From IMG/VR virus record IMGVR_UViG_3300008266_000015: a stretch of DNA of 64,000 nucleotides. One strand, given 5' to 3'. This document shows positions 9,317-19,255 of this stretch, one piece after another. Source of the DNA: a virus. The notes under the pieces were generated by a model that saw nothing but the letters and a program-made list of their open reading frames with translations, was not told the DNA's origin and searched no databases. The translations under genes and the position numbers were made by a program. Each line of letters starts with the position of its first letter. The first letter of the stretch is position 1.

Positions 9317-10597
9317 ATGTTTTATGTAGTGGAAACTAACGAACAGTTAGCAGAATTATTTTACAAAGGTTACAACAAAGTATTTATAGAGCCAATATAC
9401 TTTAATGACAACGTACATCCATCATTAAACCATGTATCTTTACTATATATTAAACCGTTAAACAACGATAAAGGGTATATTGTATGTCTTGATCACTCTG
9501 AGACATTATCATTGAATAAAACGCCTATAAACAATTTACTTGCTTCTTATGAGGAAATATATGTACGCGATAGAAAATCATTTATATATTTTTTTCCACT
9601 TAGAAATACCATAGATATTTCATTTGGTGTACCTGAATATACTGAGCCAAATACATCTGCTCATGATTTCTTTTATCAAAGACATGGAGATAAAGGAACA
9701 TTAAATACTATTATACCTGCTGTTAAGCATTATGAAAAATGTGAACTTATTTTTGATAAAATAAAACAACATTGTGTTAAACCCCATAATATAAAGTTTT
9801 ACAATAAATTAACTAGTGTATTTTTTTCAATTGAAAGAAACGGAATAAAAATTAATCCAAATGAATTTGAGAAATTTTTCGAACCAAACTGTAAATTATT
9901 TTCATTACAAGACAATGCAATATATACCCAATATAACTTGCATACTACCACTGGAAGACCTTCTAATAGCTTCAATGGTATTAATTTCGCGGCTTTAAAG
10001 AAAGAAGATGGGTGTAGAGAGGTATTTATTCCTGAAAATGACTATTTTGTTGAAATAGATATTAGTGCTTATCATCCAACATTAGCTGCCCAATTAGTAG
10101 AATATGATTTTGAAAATGAAACACCATATCAATATTTTGCTAGAGAAGCAAATATAGAAATTGATGAAGCAAAAATACTAATGTTTAGACAATTATATGG
10201 AGGAATATACAAAGAATATCAACATATACCTTATTTTCAATTAATCCAAAAACACATAGATAAATTATGGGAAATGTTTCAAACAGATGGATTCATAGAA
10301 TGTCCTATTTCTGGTCATAAATTAACTAAAGAAATAAAAGATTTAAATCCACAAAAATTATTTAATTATACACTCCAAAACTTGGAAACATCAACAAATG
10401 TTCTTATATTGTGGGATATTGTTAAGGTGTTGAAGAGTAAATCAACAAAGATTGTGTTATACACATATGATGCTATTTTGATTGATTATAATGAAGAAGA
10501 TAATATATTAGAGCAAATTAACCAAATATTTAAAAAATACAAATTAAAAACCAAAATGACAAAAGGCCATAATTATGGAAATATGTCAATAATATAA
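9317..10597 (+). CDS. Divergent family A DNA polymerase-like protein
   Basis: TTTGRPS, motif A EIDISAYHP, motif B AKILMFRQLYGG, motif C YTYDAILID; short (426 aa) with degenerate N-terminal domain. Confidence 0.75.
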   Translation: MFYVVETNEQLAELFYKGYNKVFIEPIYFNDNVHPSLNHVSLLYIKPLNNDKGYIVCLDHSETLSLNKTPINNLLASYEEIYVRDRKSFIYFFPLRNTIDISFGVPEYTEPNTSAHDFFYQRHGDKGTLNTIIPAVKHYEKCELIFDKIKQHCVKPHNIKFYNKLTSVFFSIERNGIKINPNEFEKFFEPNCKLFSLQDNAIYTQYNLHTTTGRPSNSFNGINFAALKKEDGCREVFIPENDYFVEIDISAYHPTLAAQLVEYDFENETPYQYFAREANIEIDEAKILMFRQLYGGIYKEYQHIPYFQLIQKHIDKLWEMFQTDGFIECPISGHKLTKEIKDLNPQKLFNYTLQNLETSTNVLILWDIVKVLKSKSTKIVLYTYDAILIDYNEEDNILEQINQIFKKYKLKTKMTKGHNYGNMSII

Positions 10598-10603
10598 TAA
10601 GTT

Positions 10604-11062
10604 ATGGAACTACTCGAGTTTGAACCCTCAGTTGATATGTATAATCGATATGATTATACTACTGAAAGTGACACTATGAATAATAGATTATTTGCTACAT
10701 TTACCCAACAAGACCACCTAGATGAATTGGTTTCCAATTTATCTACTACATACGATATTATGTACAATAAGATGTTTGTTTTATTTGTCAAGAGCACAAA
10801 CGAATATGTTATTACATATAATGTAGAGCAAGGAAATGTTAATGGCATCCCAGCTAATACAATATTAGTACATCGTAAAAAAGAATCAAATACATTATAT
10901 ACAATAAATGCATTAAATGATCTAATTAGAAAATTAAATGATGGGATTGCAGATCCATATTTTAAAGTAAATTGGTTAGATTATAAAAATTGTATTTTAT
11001 TAACTCAACATGGAGAAGTAAAACAACTTAATACAAAAATATACAAGATTATAGATTTATGA
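10604..11062 (+). CDS. Hypothetical protein in the replication module
   Basis: 152-aa ORF with AAGTTATG start context. Confidence 0.6.
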   Translation: MELLEFEPSVDMYNRYDYTTESDTMNNRLFATFTQQDHLDELVSNLSTTYDIMYNKMFVLFVKSTNEYVITYNVEQGNVNGIPANTILVHRKKESNTLYTINALNDLIRKLNDGIADPYFKVNWLDYKNCILLTQHGEVKQLNTKIYKIIDL

Positions 11063-11556
11063 TTAAATTAGTTGATTTATTAAAAGAGGTTCAATTGTCT
11101 TCAAAAGAACAAGACATACTTGATGATATTTTGTCATTAGATGAAGCTGTAGATTTTTCAAATGTTATGGATAAAGTAAAAAGTTATGTTAAAAAAGGAC
11201 TAATCACAGCTACTATTTTAGCTTCACTATTAAACAATAGTGCTTTTAGTCAAGAACAAAAAGATCAAATTAAAGATATAGTTAAAACTGAAAAACAAGT
11301 AGATAACGATATTTTAAGTTTTAAAGATTTCCAAAAACTAATAAAAAAAGAAGGATTCGAAACAACACCAGGAAGTATTCCCATTAATATGATCAAAGGA
11401 GTTGAAAATGTTAAGGTATATAGAGCAGTAGGTCAAACACAAGGCGCCGCTATGCAATCCGCAATGCAACAAGCTAAAAATCCTATTAAAAGTTTTAAAT
11501 TTAGTAGAAATGTAGGGGGCAATATTGAGGTTTTAATTGCTGTACCTTCTCAATAG
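11059..11556 (+). CDS. Hypothetical protein with MIKLxDLLKE leader and internal hydrophobic segment
   Basis: N-terminus resembles 29832 and 55597. Confidence 0.6.
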   Translation: MIKLVDLLKEVQLSSKEQDILDDILSLDEAVDFSNVMDKVKSYVKKGLITATILASLLNNSAFSQEQKDQIKDIVKTEKQVDNDILSFKDFQKLIKKEGFETTPGSIPINMIKGVENVKVYRAVGQTQGAAMQSAMQQAKNPIKSFKFSRNVGGNIEVLIAVPSQ

Positions 11557-11708
11557 TTCATATATTTATAATAAACCACATCAACGGTACAATTACACTA
11601 AGAACAACACTACAAATATAAAGGCATTCTAAGAGCTTTGATAGCTAAAACTAGGCCTCCAAAAAGAAAAGTAGTATATTAAATAGTAACAATAAAAACC
11701 AAATAAAG

Positions 11709-12557
11709 ATGGATTTAAAATCAATCAAAAACAAACTGAGTGCCTTACAGACATCCGGGCAGAAAAAAGAAAAAGTAGATTACTCAAAGTATCTATGGAA
11801 ACCAAAACAAGAAGGTAAATACCAAATTCGTATTGTTCCTTCTAAATTAGACAAAAACAACCCATTTAAAGAAGTTTTAGTACATTATGGATTTTCTAAA
11901 TTTCCATTGTATGCCCTTACTAATTGGGGCGAAAAAGATCCAATTGTAGAATTTACAAAACAGCTTGCTCAAACAGGCGACAAAGAAAATTGGAAATTAT
12001 CTAGAAAATTAGAACCAAAAATGCGTATATTCGCTCCAGTAATTGTACGTGGAGAAGAAGAAAAAGGTGTTCGCCTTTGGGAATTTGGTAAAGAAATTTA
12101 CATGCAATTGTTAGGTATTGCCGATGATGAAGATTATGGTGATTACACAGACATCAATGAAGGTCGTGACTTTACAGTTGAAGCAGTTATGGGTGATATT
12201 GGTGGTCGTCAAGGATTAAAATCATCAATTCGTATTAAACCAAAAACAACTCCATTAAGTACTAGTAAGCTTGATATTGAAGCATGGTTAGAAAACCAAC
12301 CAGATATCCTAGAGGTACAAAGTGCATATAAGATGACTTTTGATAAAATGAAAGAAACACTTCAGAATTTCCTCAATCCAGAAGATGAAAGTGATGAAGT
12401 TATTGATGAAGTAGAAGAGGAAGTGGAAACTCCTAAAAATGATTTACCTTGGGAGGATGAAAAACCAGCTAAATCAAGTAACTACGAGATTAAGACTCCC
12501 GTTAAAAAATCAAAAGCAGACAAATTCGAAGCTTTATTCGAAGAAGACGAAGACTAA
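11709..12557 (+). CDS. Single-stranded DNA-binding protein (T4 gp32-like)
   Basis: WKP..GKYQIRIVP, VRLWEFGKEIY, TDINEGRDF, very acidic C-terminal tail. Confidence 0.8.
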   Translation: MDLKSIKNKLSALQTSGQKKEKVDYSKYLWKPKQEGKYQIRIVPSKLDKNNPFKEVLVHYGFSKFPLYALTNWGEKDPIVEFTKQLAQTGDKENWKLSRKLEPKMRIFAPVIVRGEEEKGVRLWEFGKEIYMQLLGIADDEDYGDYTDINEGRDFTVEAVMGDIGGRQGLKSSIRIKPKTTPLSTSKLDIEAWLENQPDILEVQSAYKMTFDKMKETLQNFLNPEDESDEVIDEVEEEVETPKNDLPWEDEKPAKSSNYEIKTPVKKSKADKFEALFEEDED

Positions 12558-12574
12558 TATTTAAATAAAAAGTT

Positions 12575-13666
12575 ATGGCCAAGAAAAATAGTGAAAAAGA
12601 TTCACTAATGGAAGCAGTCTCTAAAGAACTTAAATCTAATTTTGATTTAAATAAATTTAAGGAGAAAAAATCATTAGGGGGCAATGTAAAATTTAAAGAA
12701 CAAGCATGGATTCCATTCTCATCGGCAATGCAAGAAGCACTATCGATCCCTGGAATAGCAATGGGTCATATCAATATAGTACGTGGTGCCAGTAATACGG
12801 GAAAAACCACCACGTCTATTGAGGCCGCAGTATCTGCTCAAAAAATGGGTATTTTACCTGTTCTCATCATTACAGAAATGAAACATAGTTGGGAGCACTG
12901 GCGAACAATGGGTTTCGAAATGAATGAAGTATTAGATAAAGATGGTAATATAGTAGATTATGATGGTTTTTTCATTTATAAAGATAGAGGTAAGTTAAGT
13001 TCAATTGAGGATGTAGCCGACTTTATGATTGATATATTAGATGAACAAGCCAAAGGAAATCTACCATACGATTTATTATTTCTATGGGATTCAGTAGGAT
13101 CAATTGCTTGTAGAATGAGTATTGAGCAAGGTAAAAACAACCCAATGTGGAATGCAGGAGCAATTGCAACTCAATTTGGTAACTTTATTAATCAGAGAAT
13201 TATTTTATCTCGTAAAGAGGAAAGTAAATATACTAATACATTCTTAATTATCAATAAAACAGGTGTTGCACCAGCAGAAGGTCCTATGGCTCGCCCTAGA
13301 ATGACCAACAAAGGAGGAAACACATTTTATTATGATGCTTCATTGTGTATCACATTTGGTAATATCACCAACAGTGGTACCTCAAAAATTAAAGCAACTA
13401 AAGATAAAAAAGATGTTGAATTTGCTTTACGAACAAAAGTATCATGTGATAAAAATCACGTAAATGGAATTACTACTAAAAATACTGTTATCAGTACAGT
13501 ACATGGTTTTATAGCTGATGATCCTAAAGAAGTTAATAAATATAAAAAGGAACATTCACATGAATGGGCCGATATTTTAGGTAAAGGAGAATATAAAACT
13601 GTTGAAGATAATTCCGAATGGGATGAAAAAGCAGATATTTCTGACATTGTAGAATCTGAAGATTAA
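12575..13666 (+). CDS. uvsX: RecA/UvsX-like recombinase
   Basis: Walker A GASNTGKTT, Walker B FLWDSVGS, KGGNTFYY. Confidence 0.85.
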   Translation: MAKKNSEKDSLMEAVSKELKSNFDLNKFKEKKSLGGNVKFKEQAWIPFSSAMQEALSIPGIAMGHINIVRGASNTGKTTTSIEAAVSAQKMGILPVLIITEMKHSWEHWRTMGFEMNEVLDKDGNIVDYDGFFIYKDRGKLSSIEDVADFMIDILDEQAKGNLPYDLLFLWDSVGSIACRMSIEQGKNNPMWNAGAIATQFGNFINQRIILSRKEESKYTNTFLIINKTGVAPAEGPMARPRMTNKGGNTFYYDASLCITFGNITNSGTSKIKATKDKKDVEFALRTKVSCDKNHVNGITTKNTVISTVHGFIADDPKEVNKYKKEHSHEWADILGKGEYKTVEDNSEWDEKADISDIVESED

Positions 13667-13672
13667 TAAGTT

Positions 13673-14719
13673 ATGAATAATAAAGATTTACTTAAACTCC
13701 TTGATAATGTCAAGGAAGAGCAACAACCGACCTCAGAAGAACATGGGGAGAGAATTCTAATTGTAGATGGTTTGAATCTATTTTTAAGAAATTTTGCAGT
13801 ACTTAATTATATAAACTCTGAAGGAACACATATCGGGGGTTTAGGTGGATTTTTACGTTCATTAGGTTCGTTAGTTAAACAATTAAAAATAACATCCGTA
13901 TACGTTGTATTCGATGGGGTAGGTTCTTCCATAAATCGGAAGAACTTACTACCAGAATACAAATCTGGAAGAAATGTTAATCGAGTTAATAAAAACTCGT
14001 TTAGTAATTTGGATCAAGAAAATGAATCAAAAACAAATCAAATTATCCATTTAATTCACTATCTTCAATGTTTACCTGTTAAAATTTTATCACTAGATGG
14101 AGTTGAAGCAGATGATATTATTGCGTTTTTAAGCAAAGAAATTACTAAAAATAAAAACAATAAAACATACATCATATCAGCAGATAATGATTTTGTTCAA
14201 TTAGTAAATGAGAATGTATCTATATACCGCTCAGTAGAAAAAGAATTTGTTACACCTCAATATGTTAAAGAAAAATATGGAGTACATCCCCATAATTTTC
14301 TTACATATAAAACAATAATGGGCGATAATTCAGATAAGGTTGGTGGAGTAAAAGGTTTAGGAAAAGGTAAACTACCAAAACTATTCCCAGAAATGTTGGG
14401 AGAAGAAATTGTTACTTTAGATGATGTATACAATATATGTGCTGAGCGATTTAAAGAGCATATTATATATTGCAAAGTAATTGAAGATTTTGAAAATTTA
14501 AAAAAAGCTCACAAGATTATGGATTTAAGTAATCCTATGTTGGATGAACAAGAAAGAGATTATATATTAGAGCAAGTTCAAGAATCTCCATATGAATTAG
14601 ATGCTGAAACGTTTTTAAGATTTTATCATAAAGATGGTTTAGGAAATGTTTTGAAAAATGTAGATTATTGGATTAGAGATAATTGGGGTACAATAAATAG
14701 ATATAATAAAATAAAATAA
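13673..14719 (+). CDS. 5'-3' exonuclease / RNase H (FEN-like)
   Basis: LIVDGLN, VFDG, YKSGR, EADDIIA, SADNDF, GDNSDKVGGVKGLG helix-hairpin-helix. Confidence 0.9.
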   Translation: MNNKDLLKLLDNVKEEQQPTSEEHGERILIVDGLNLFLRNFAVLNYINSEGTHIGGLGGFLRSLGSLVKQLKITSVYVVFDGVGSSINRKNLLPEYKSGRNVNRVNKNSFSNLDQENESKTNQIIHLIHYLQCLPVKILSLDGVEADDIIAFLSKEITKNKNNKTYIISADNDFVQLVNENVSIYRSVEKEFVTPQYVKEKYGVHPHNFLTYKTIMGDNSDKVGGVKGLGKGKLPKLFPEMLGEEIVTLDDVYNICAERFKEHIIYCKVIEDFENLKKAHKIMDLSNPMLDEQERDYILEQVQESPYELDAETFLRFYHKDGLGNVLKNVDYWIRDNWGTINRYNKIK

Positions 14720-14728
14720 ATAAAAGTT

Positions 14729-16105
14729 ATGACATTACAAAGTCTAGAAAGTTATGGAATTTCATTCCAAACTAAGGTAATATCAGCCTTACTAACTGAT
14801 AAACCATTCCTTCAAAATGTTAGTGATATCATTACGGATGAATATTTCAGTAATACAGCCCATAAATGGATTGTAAATGAGGTACTTCGGTATTACACAA
14901 AATACCATACCAATCCAACAATGGATGTTTTAAAAGTAGAATTGAAAAGAGTAGATAATGAAGTTCTACAACTATCCATTAAGGAACAATTAAAAGAAGC
15001 ATATCGTTCTTCAGATGAATCTGATTTGTCTTATGTTAAAGAGGAATTTACTAATTTCTGTAAAAACCAACAACTAAAAAGAGCGCTTTTAAATTCGGTT
15101 GATTTACTTAAAGCAGGAGATTATGATTCTATACGTACATTAGTTGATAGCGCTTTACGAGCAGGTCAAGACAAAAACATTGGCCATGAATACAACAAAG
15201 ATATCGAATCTCGATTTACTGAGGATGATAGAAATCCAATTCCCACTCCTTGGAAAACATTTAATGAAATGATTCAAGGTGGATTAGGAGGTGGTGATTT
15301 AGGATTAATATTTGGAAATCCAGGAGGAGGAAAATCATGGTGTTTGGTTGCCTTAGGAGCACATGCGGTACAATTAGGTTTTAATGTTATTCATTATACA
15401 TTAGAATTAGGTGAAACTTATGTAGGAAGACGATATGATGCTTTTTTCACAAATATTCCTGTTGATAAAATTATAAGGCATAGACCAGAAGTAGAACAAG
15501 CAATAAATGAATTACCAGGTAATATAATTGTACGTGAGTATCCAATGGGTAGAGCATCGATTTCAACTATTGAATCACATATTAAAAAGTGTATTGATTT
15601 AGATTTCAAACCAGATTTAATTATTATTGATTATATTGATCTTTTATCATCAAAAAGAACGAATCGTGAACGTAAAGATGAAATTGATGATATTTATACT
15701 AGCACAAAAGGATTAGCTAGAGAACTTAAACTCCCAATTTGGAGTGTTTCGCAAGTAAATCGAGCAGGTGCTAAGGATAACATTATTGAAGGCGATAAGG
15801 CAGCAGGTTCATATGATAAAATTATGATTGCTGATGTAGCTCTATCACTTTCAAGACAAAAGAAAGACAAAGTAAATGGAACAGGACGTTTTCACTTTAT
15901 GAAAAATAGATATGGAATGGATGGTATGTCATTTAATGCTGATGTAGATACATCAACTGGACATATTGAAATTTTAAATGAAATAAGTGAAGAAGAAGAA
16001 GAACAAATGGTAAAAAATAATAAATCGAATTCTAAATCAAACGGAGTAGTAGATGATTTAGATAGAGAATACTTAGCACAACAATTTTTCAAATTAAATA
16101 GTTAA
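14729..16105 (+). CDS. Replicative DnaB-like helicase (T4 gp41-like)
   Basis: GNPGGGKS Walker A, YTLEL, IIDYIDLL, SQVNR, KNRYG. Confidence 0.9.
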   Translation: MTLQSLESYGISFQTKVISALLTDKPFLQNVSDIITDEYFSNTAHKWIVNEVLRYYTKYHTNPTMDVLKVELKRVDNEVLQLSIKEQLKEAYRSSDESDLSYVKEEFTNFCKNQQLKRALLNSVDLLKAGDYDSIRTLVDSALRAGQDKNIGHEYNKDIESRFTEDDRNPIPTPWKTFNEMIQGGLGGGDLGLIFGNPGGGKSWCLVALGAHAVQLGFNVIHYTLELGETYVGRRYDAFFTNIPVDKIIRHRPEVEQAINELPGNIIVREYPMGRASISTIESHIKKCIDLDFKPDLIIIDYIDLLSSKRTNRERKDEIDDIYTSTKGLARELKLPIWSVSQVNRAGAKDNIIEGDKAAGSYDKIMIADVALSLSRQKKDKVNGTGRFHFMKNRYGMDGMSFNADVDTSTGHIEILNEISEEEEEQMVKNNKSNSKSNGVVDDLDREYLAQQFFKLNS

Positions 16106-16106
16106 C

Positions 16107-17057
16107 ATGATAACAGATCCTCGTATATTTTACAAACCTTTTGAATATGAAACAGCATTCGAATACTTTAAAACCCAACATCGGGGACATTGGCTTGCCG
16201 ATGAGGTCCCATTAGCTTCAGACTTAAATGATTGGAAATTAAAACTTAATGAATCTGAAAAAAATTTAATTGGAAATATTTTAAAATCTTTTGCCCAAAC
16301 TGAAGTACACGTAAACGACTACTGGTCAACAAAAGTATCGGCTTGGTTTCCTAAACCAGAAATACAAGCAATGGCCCGTGTATTTGCTGATTTTGAAAGC
16401 ATCCATGCTGAAGCATATGCTCGTTTAAATGAGGAATTAGGTTTAGATGATTTTGCTGCATTTATGGAAGATGAAACCTCTAAAAACAAAATCGAACGTT
16501 TAATTGAAGTACCAGGTGATACAATGGAGGAAAAAGCAATTTCACTTGCTATATTCTCAGCATTTACAGAAGGAGTAAATTTGTTTTCTTCATTTGCAAT
16601 TTTAATGTCTTTTCAACTACGTAATTTAATGAAAGGAACAGGTCAAATTGTAGAGTGGAGTGTTAGAGATGAATCATTACATTCGAAAGCAGGATGTTGG
16701 TTATTTAGAACATGGCTTCAAGAACAACCCGAATTAAATACTCCAGAACTAAGAGAACAAATTACAGAAGCATGCCAATTATCCGTTCAATTAGAATTTG
16801 ATTTTATTGACAAAGCATTTGAAATGGGAGATGTAGAGGGTTTAAATAAAAATCAGTTAAAAGCATTTATTAAAGCTCGTGCAAATGAGAAAATGATTGA
16901 ATTAGGATATAACGCTATATATAATGATATTGAACCTAATTTACTTAAACAAATGGAATGGTTTGGACATTTAACAAGTGGAAAAACACAACAGGATTTC
17001 TTTGCTGGAAGAGTAACTAATTATTCAAAATCAACAGCTGATTGGGATGACTTATAA
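16107..17057 (+). CDS. nrdB: Ribonucleotide reductase class I beta subunit
   Basis: ESIHAEAY, EGVNLFSSF, RDESLH diiron motifs; DFFAGRVTNY tail. Confidence 0.92.
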   Translation: MITDPRIFYKPFEYETAFEYFKTQHRGHWLADEVPLASDLNDWKLKLNESEKNLIGNILKSFAQTEVHVNDYWSTKVSAWFPKPEIQAMARVFADFESIHAEAYARLNEELGLDDFAAFMEDETSKNKIERLIEVPGDTMEEKAISLAIFSAFTEGVNLFSSFAILMSFQLRNLMKGTGQIVEWSVRDESLHSKAGCWLFRTWLQEQPELNTPELREQITEACQLSVQLEFDFIDKAFEMGDVEGLNKNQLKAFIKARANEKMIELGYNAIYNDIEPNLLKQMEWFGHLTSGKTQQDFFAGRVTNYSKSTADWDDL

Positions 17058-17081
17058 AAATATAAAATAAAAACAAATAAA

Positions 17082-17345
17082 ATGCCTATAAAACCACAAT
17101 CTATCAGATCAGGAGTTACTATTTATGTCAATGGTAAACAAGTCGATAAACCAGAAGTACTTGCATTAAGCAGTGAATGGAATGAAAGACAAGAAACATT
17201 ATTTAAAAAAACTCTTAAAGATGGAGGTGAAATAACTATTAAAGGAGTACATTTTAAAGTTATCCCACAAGAAAAAATACTAAATTACATTGGAGAAAAA
17301 GACCCAAAACATATTGTTATGCCTGGGGTTGATGATCGATTTTAA
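17082..17345 (+). CDS. Hypothetical protein
   Basis: 87-aa ORF between nrdB and nrdA. Confidence 0.6.
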   Translation: MPIKPQSIRSGVTIYVNGKQVDKPEVLALSSEWNERQETLFKKTLKDGGEITIKGVHFKVIPQEKILNYIGEKDPKHIVMPGVDDRF

Positions 17346-17387
17346 AAATACAAATAAAGTTGAAACAACAGATTCAGACATATTCAT

Positions 17388-17531
17388 ATGGGAGAAAATA
17401 TAGTACATAAAATTGAAATTCTTCAACTTATTGAATCTAAATATGGTATTGAAATAAAGGACGAAGAAGTAGAAAATATAATTACTTTTGAGGACCTAAT
17501 TGAATTAATAAAAATAAAACAAAATAAATGA
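17388..17531 (+). CDS. Acyl-carrier-protein-like miniprotein lacking the phosphopantetheine Ser
   Basis: MGENIVHKIEILQLIESKYGIEIKDEEVENIITFEDLIELIKIKQNK*; matches ACP helices II-IV; ATGA overlap with nrdA; not in supplied ORF track. Confidence 0.6.
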   Translation: MGENIVHKIEILQLIESKYGIEIKDEEVENIITFEDLIELIKIKQNK

Positions 17532-19252
17532 GCATACAAGTAGACACAACAAATTGGATTAAGGGTAAAGATTACCCAAATTGGATGGACGATATTGCAA
17601 TCAGCATGATTTCAAAAGGATATTTATTACCTGATGAAAATGTATTTAGAGCATATCATCGAGTAAGTAAATTTGCTGCCCGCCGTTTAAGACGTAAAGA
17701 TTTACAACCATTCTTTTACGAAGCAATTGTCAAAAATTGGCTATGCCTAGCTTCACCTGTACTATCAAATATGGGTACAGAACGTGGAATGCCTATTTCA
17801 TGTTTTGGAATTGATGTAGGTGATAGTATTGAAGGAATTGCTGATGCTAATTCAGAACTAATGCGTTTATCATCTCAAGGTGGTGGTGTTGGTATTGGTG
17901 TATCACGTATTAGAGGACGTGGTAAATCAATTAAAGACAATGGTGTAAGTGAAGGAGTAGTGCCTTGGTGTAAAATATATGACTCAACAATTTTAGCCAC
18001 TAATCAGGGTTCAGTTCGCAGAGGAGCAGCCTCTGTTAATCTAAGCATACATCATCCTGATATTGAAGAATTCATGAGTATTCGCAGACCAAAAGGAGAT
18101 GTGAATCGTCAATGTTTAAATCTACACCAATGTGTAGTAATTGATGACAAATTCATGGCTGATTTGGATAACAGAGATCCTAAAGCATTAAAATTATGGG
18201 GTGAAATACTTAAAACACGTTTGGAAACAGGCGAACCATATATTATGTTTGAAGATAATGTTAACAATGCAAATCCTGAAGCATATAAGAAAAACAACTT
18301 ACATGTTTCAATGACAAATATTTGTAGTGAAATTTCACTTTACACAGATGAATTACATTCATTTATTTGTTGTTTATCTTCATTGAATTTAGCACGTTGG
18401 GATGAATGGAAAAATTATAAATTTGAAAATGGAATGACATTACCTGAACTAGCATGTTGGTTTTTGGAAGGTGCATTACAAGAATTTATTGATAGAGCTA
18501 AAAATATTAAGTTCATGGAAAACACAGTTCGTTCTGCTACTAAAGGTAGAGCAATTGGGATTGGTGTTTTAGGATGGCATACTTATTTACAATCAAAAGG
18601 TCTACCATTTGTAGGTATTCAAGCAAGTGCTCAAACAAGAGTTATATCTGAATTTATTCAACAAGAAGCATTAAAAGCATCTCGTGAACAAGCAGAACTA
18701 TATGGAGAACCAGAATGGTGTAAAGGTACAGGTTTAAGACATACTCACCACTTAGCAATTGCTCCAACTGTTTCTAATGCTCATATTTCGGGCGGTGTTT
18801 CACCTTCAATTGAACCTATTCCTGCAAATGTTTACAATTTGAAAACAGCAAAAGGAGTATTTATTAAACGCAATAAAATTCTAGAGGATTTACTTACAAA
18901 AAAAGGATACAACATTGATAGCGTTTGGGAACAAATTCTAAAAGATCAAGGTTCAGTAATAGGTTTACCCGATTATATCTTAACTGATGAAGAAAAAGAA
19001 GTATTCTTGACATTCAAAGAAATTAATCAATTAGAAATTGTTCGTCAAAATGCTATTCGTCAAAAATATATTGATCAAGCAATTTCATTGAATTTATGTT
19101 TTGATCCAAATGATACTCCACGCTGGATTAGTCAAGTACATAAAGAAGCACATACCTCAGGAATTAAAACATTGTATTATTTAAGAACAGAATCTGTTTT
19201 AAGAGGAGATAATTTACAACGTTTAAGCGAGTGCATCAGTTGCGAAGGATAA
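17528..19252 (+). CDS. nrdA: Ribonucleotide reductase class I alpha subunit (no ATP cone)
   Basis: PISCF, GGGVG, TNICSE, AIAPT, KTLYY, C-terminal CISC. Confidence 0.93.
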   Translation: MSIQVDTTNWIKGKDYPNWMDDIAISMISKGYLLPDENVFRAYHRVSKFAARRLRRKDLQPFFYEAIVKNWLCLASPVLSNMGTERGMPISCFGIDVGDSIEGIADANSELMRLSSQGGGVGIGVSRIRGRGKSIKDNGVSEGVVPWCKIYDSTILATNQGSVRRGAASVNLSIHHPDIEEFMSIRRPKGDVNRQCLNLHQCVVIDDKFMADLDNRDPKALKLWGEILKTRLETGEPYIMFEDNVNNANPEAYKKNNLHVSMTNICSEISLYTDELHSFICCLSSLNLARWDEWKNYKFENGMTLPELACWFLEGALQEFIDRAKNIKFMENTVRSATKGRAIGIGVLGWHTYLQSKGLPFVGIQASAQTRVISEFIQQEALKASREQAELYGEPEWCKGTGLRHTHHLAIAPTVSNAHISGGVSPSIEPIPANVYNLKTAKGVFIKRNKILEDLLTKKGYNIDSVWEQILKDQGSVIGLPDYILTDEEKEVFLTFKEINQLEIVRQNAIRQKYIDQAISLNLCFDPNDTPRWISQVHKEAHTSGIKTLYYLRTESVLRGDNLQRLSECISCEG

Positions 19253-19255
19253 GTT

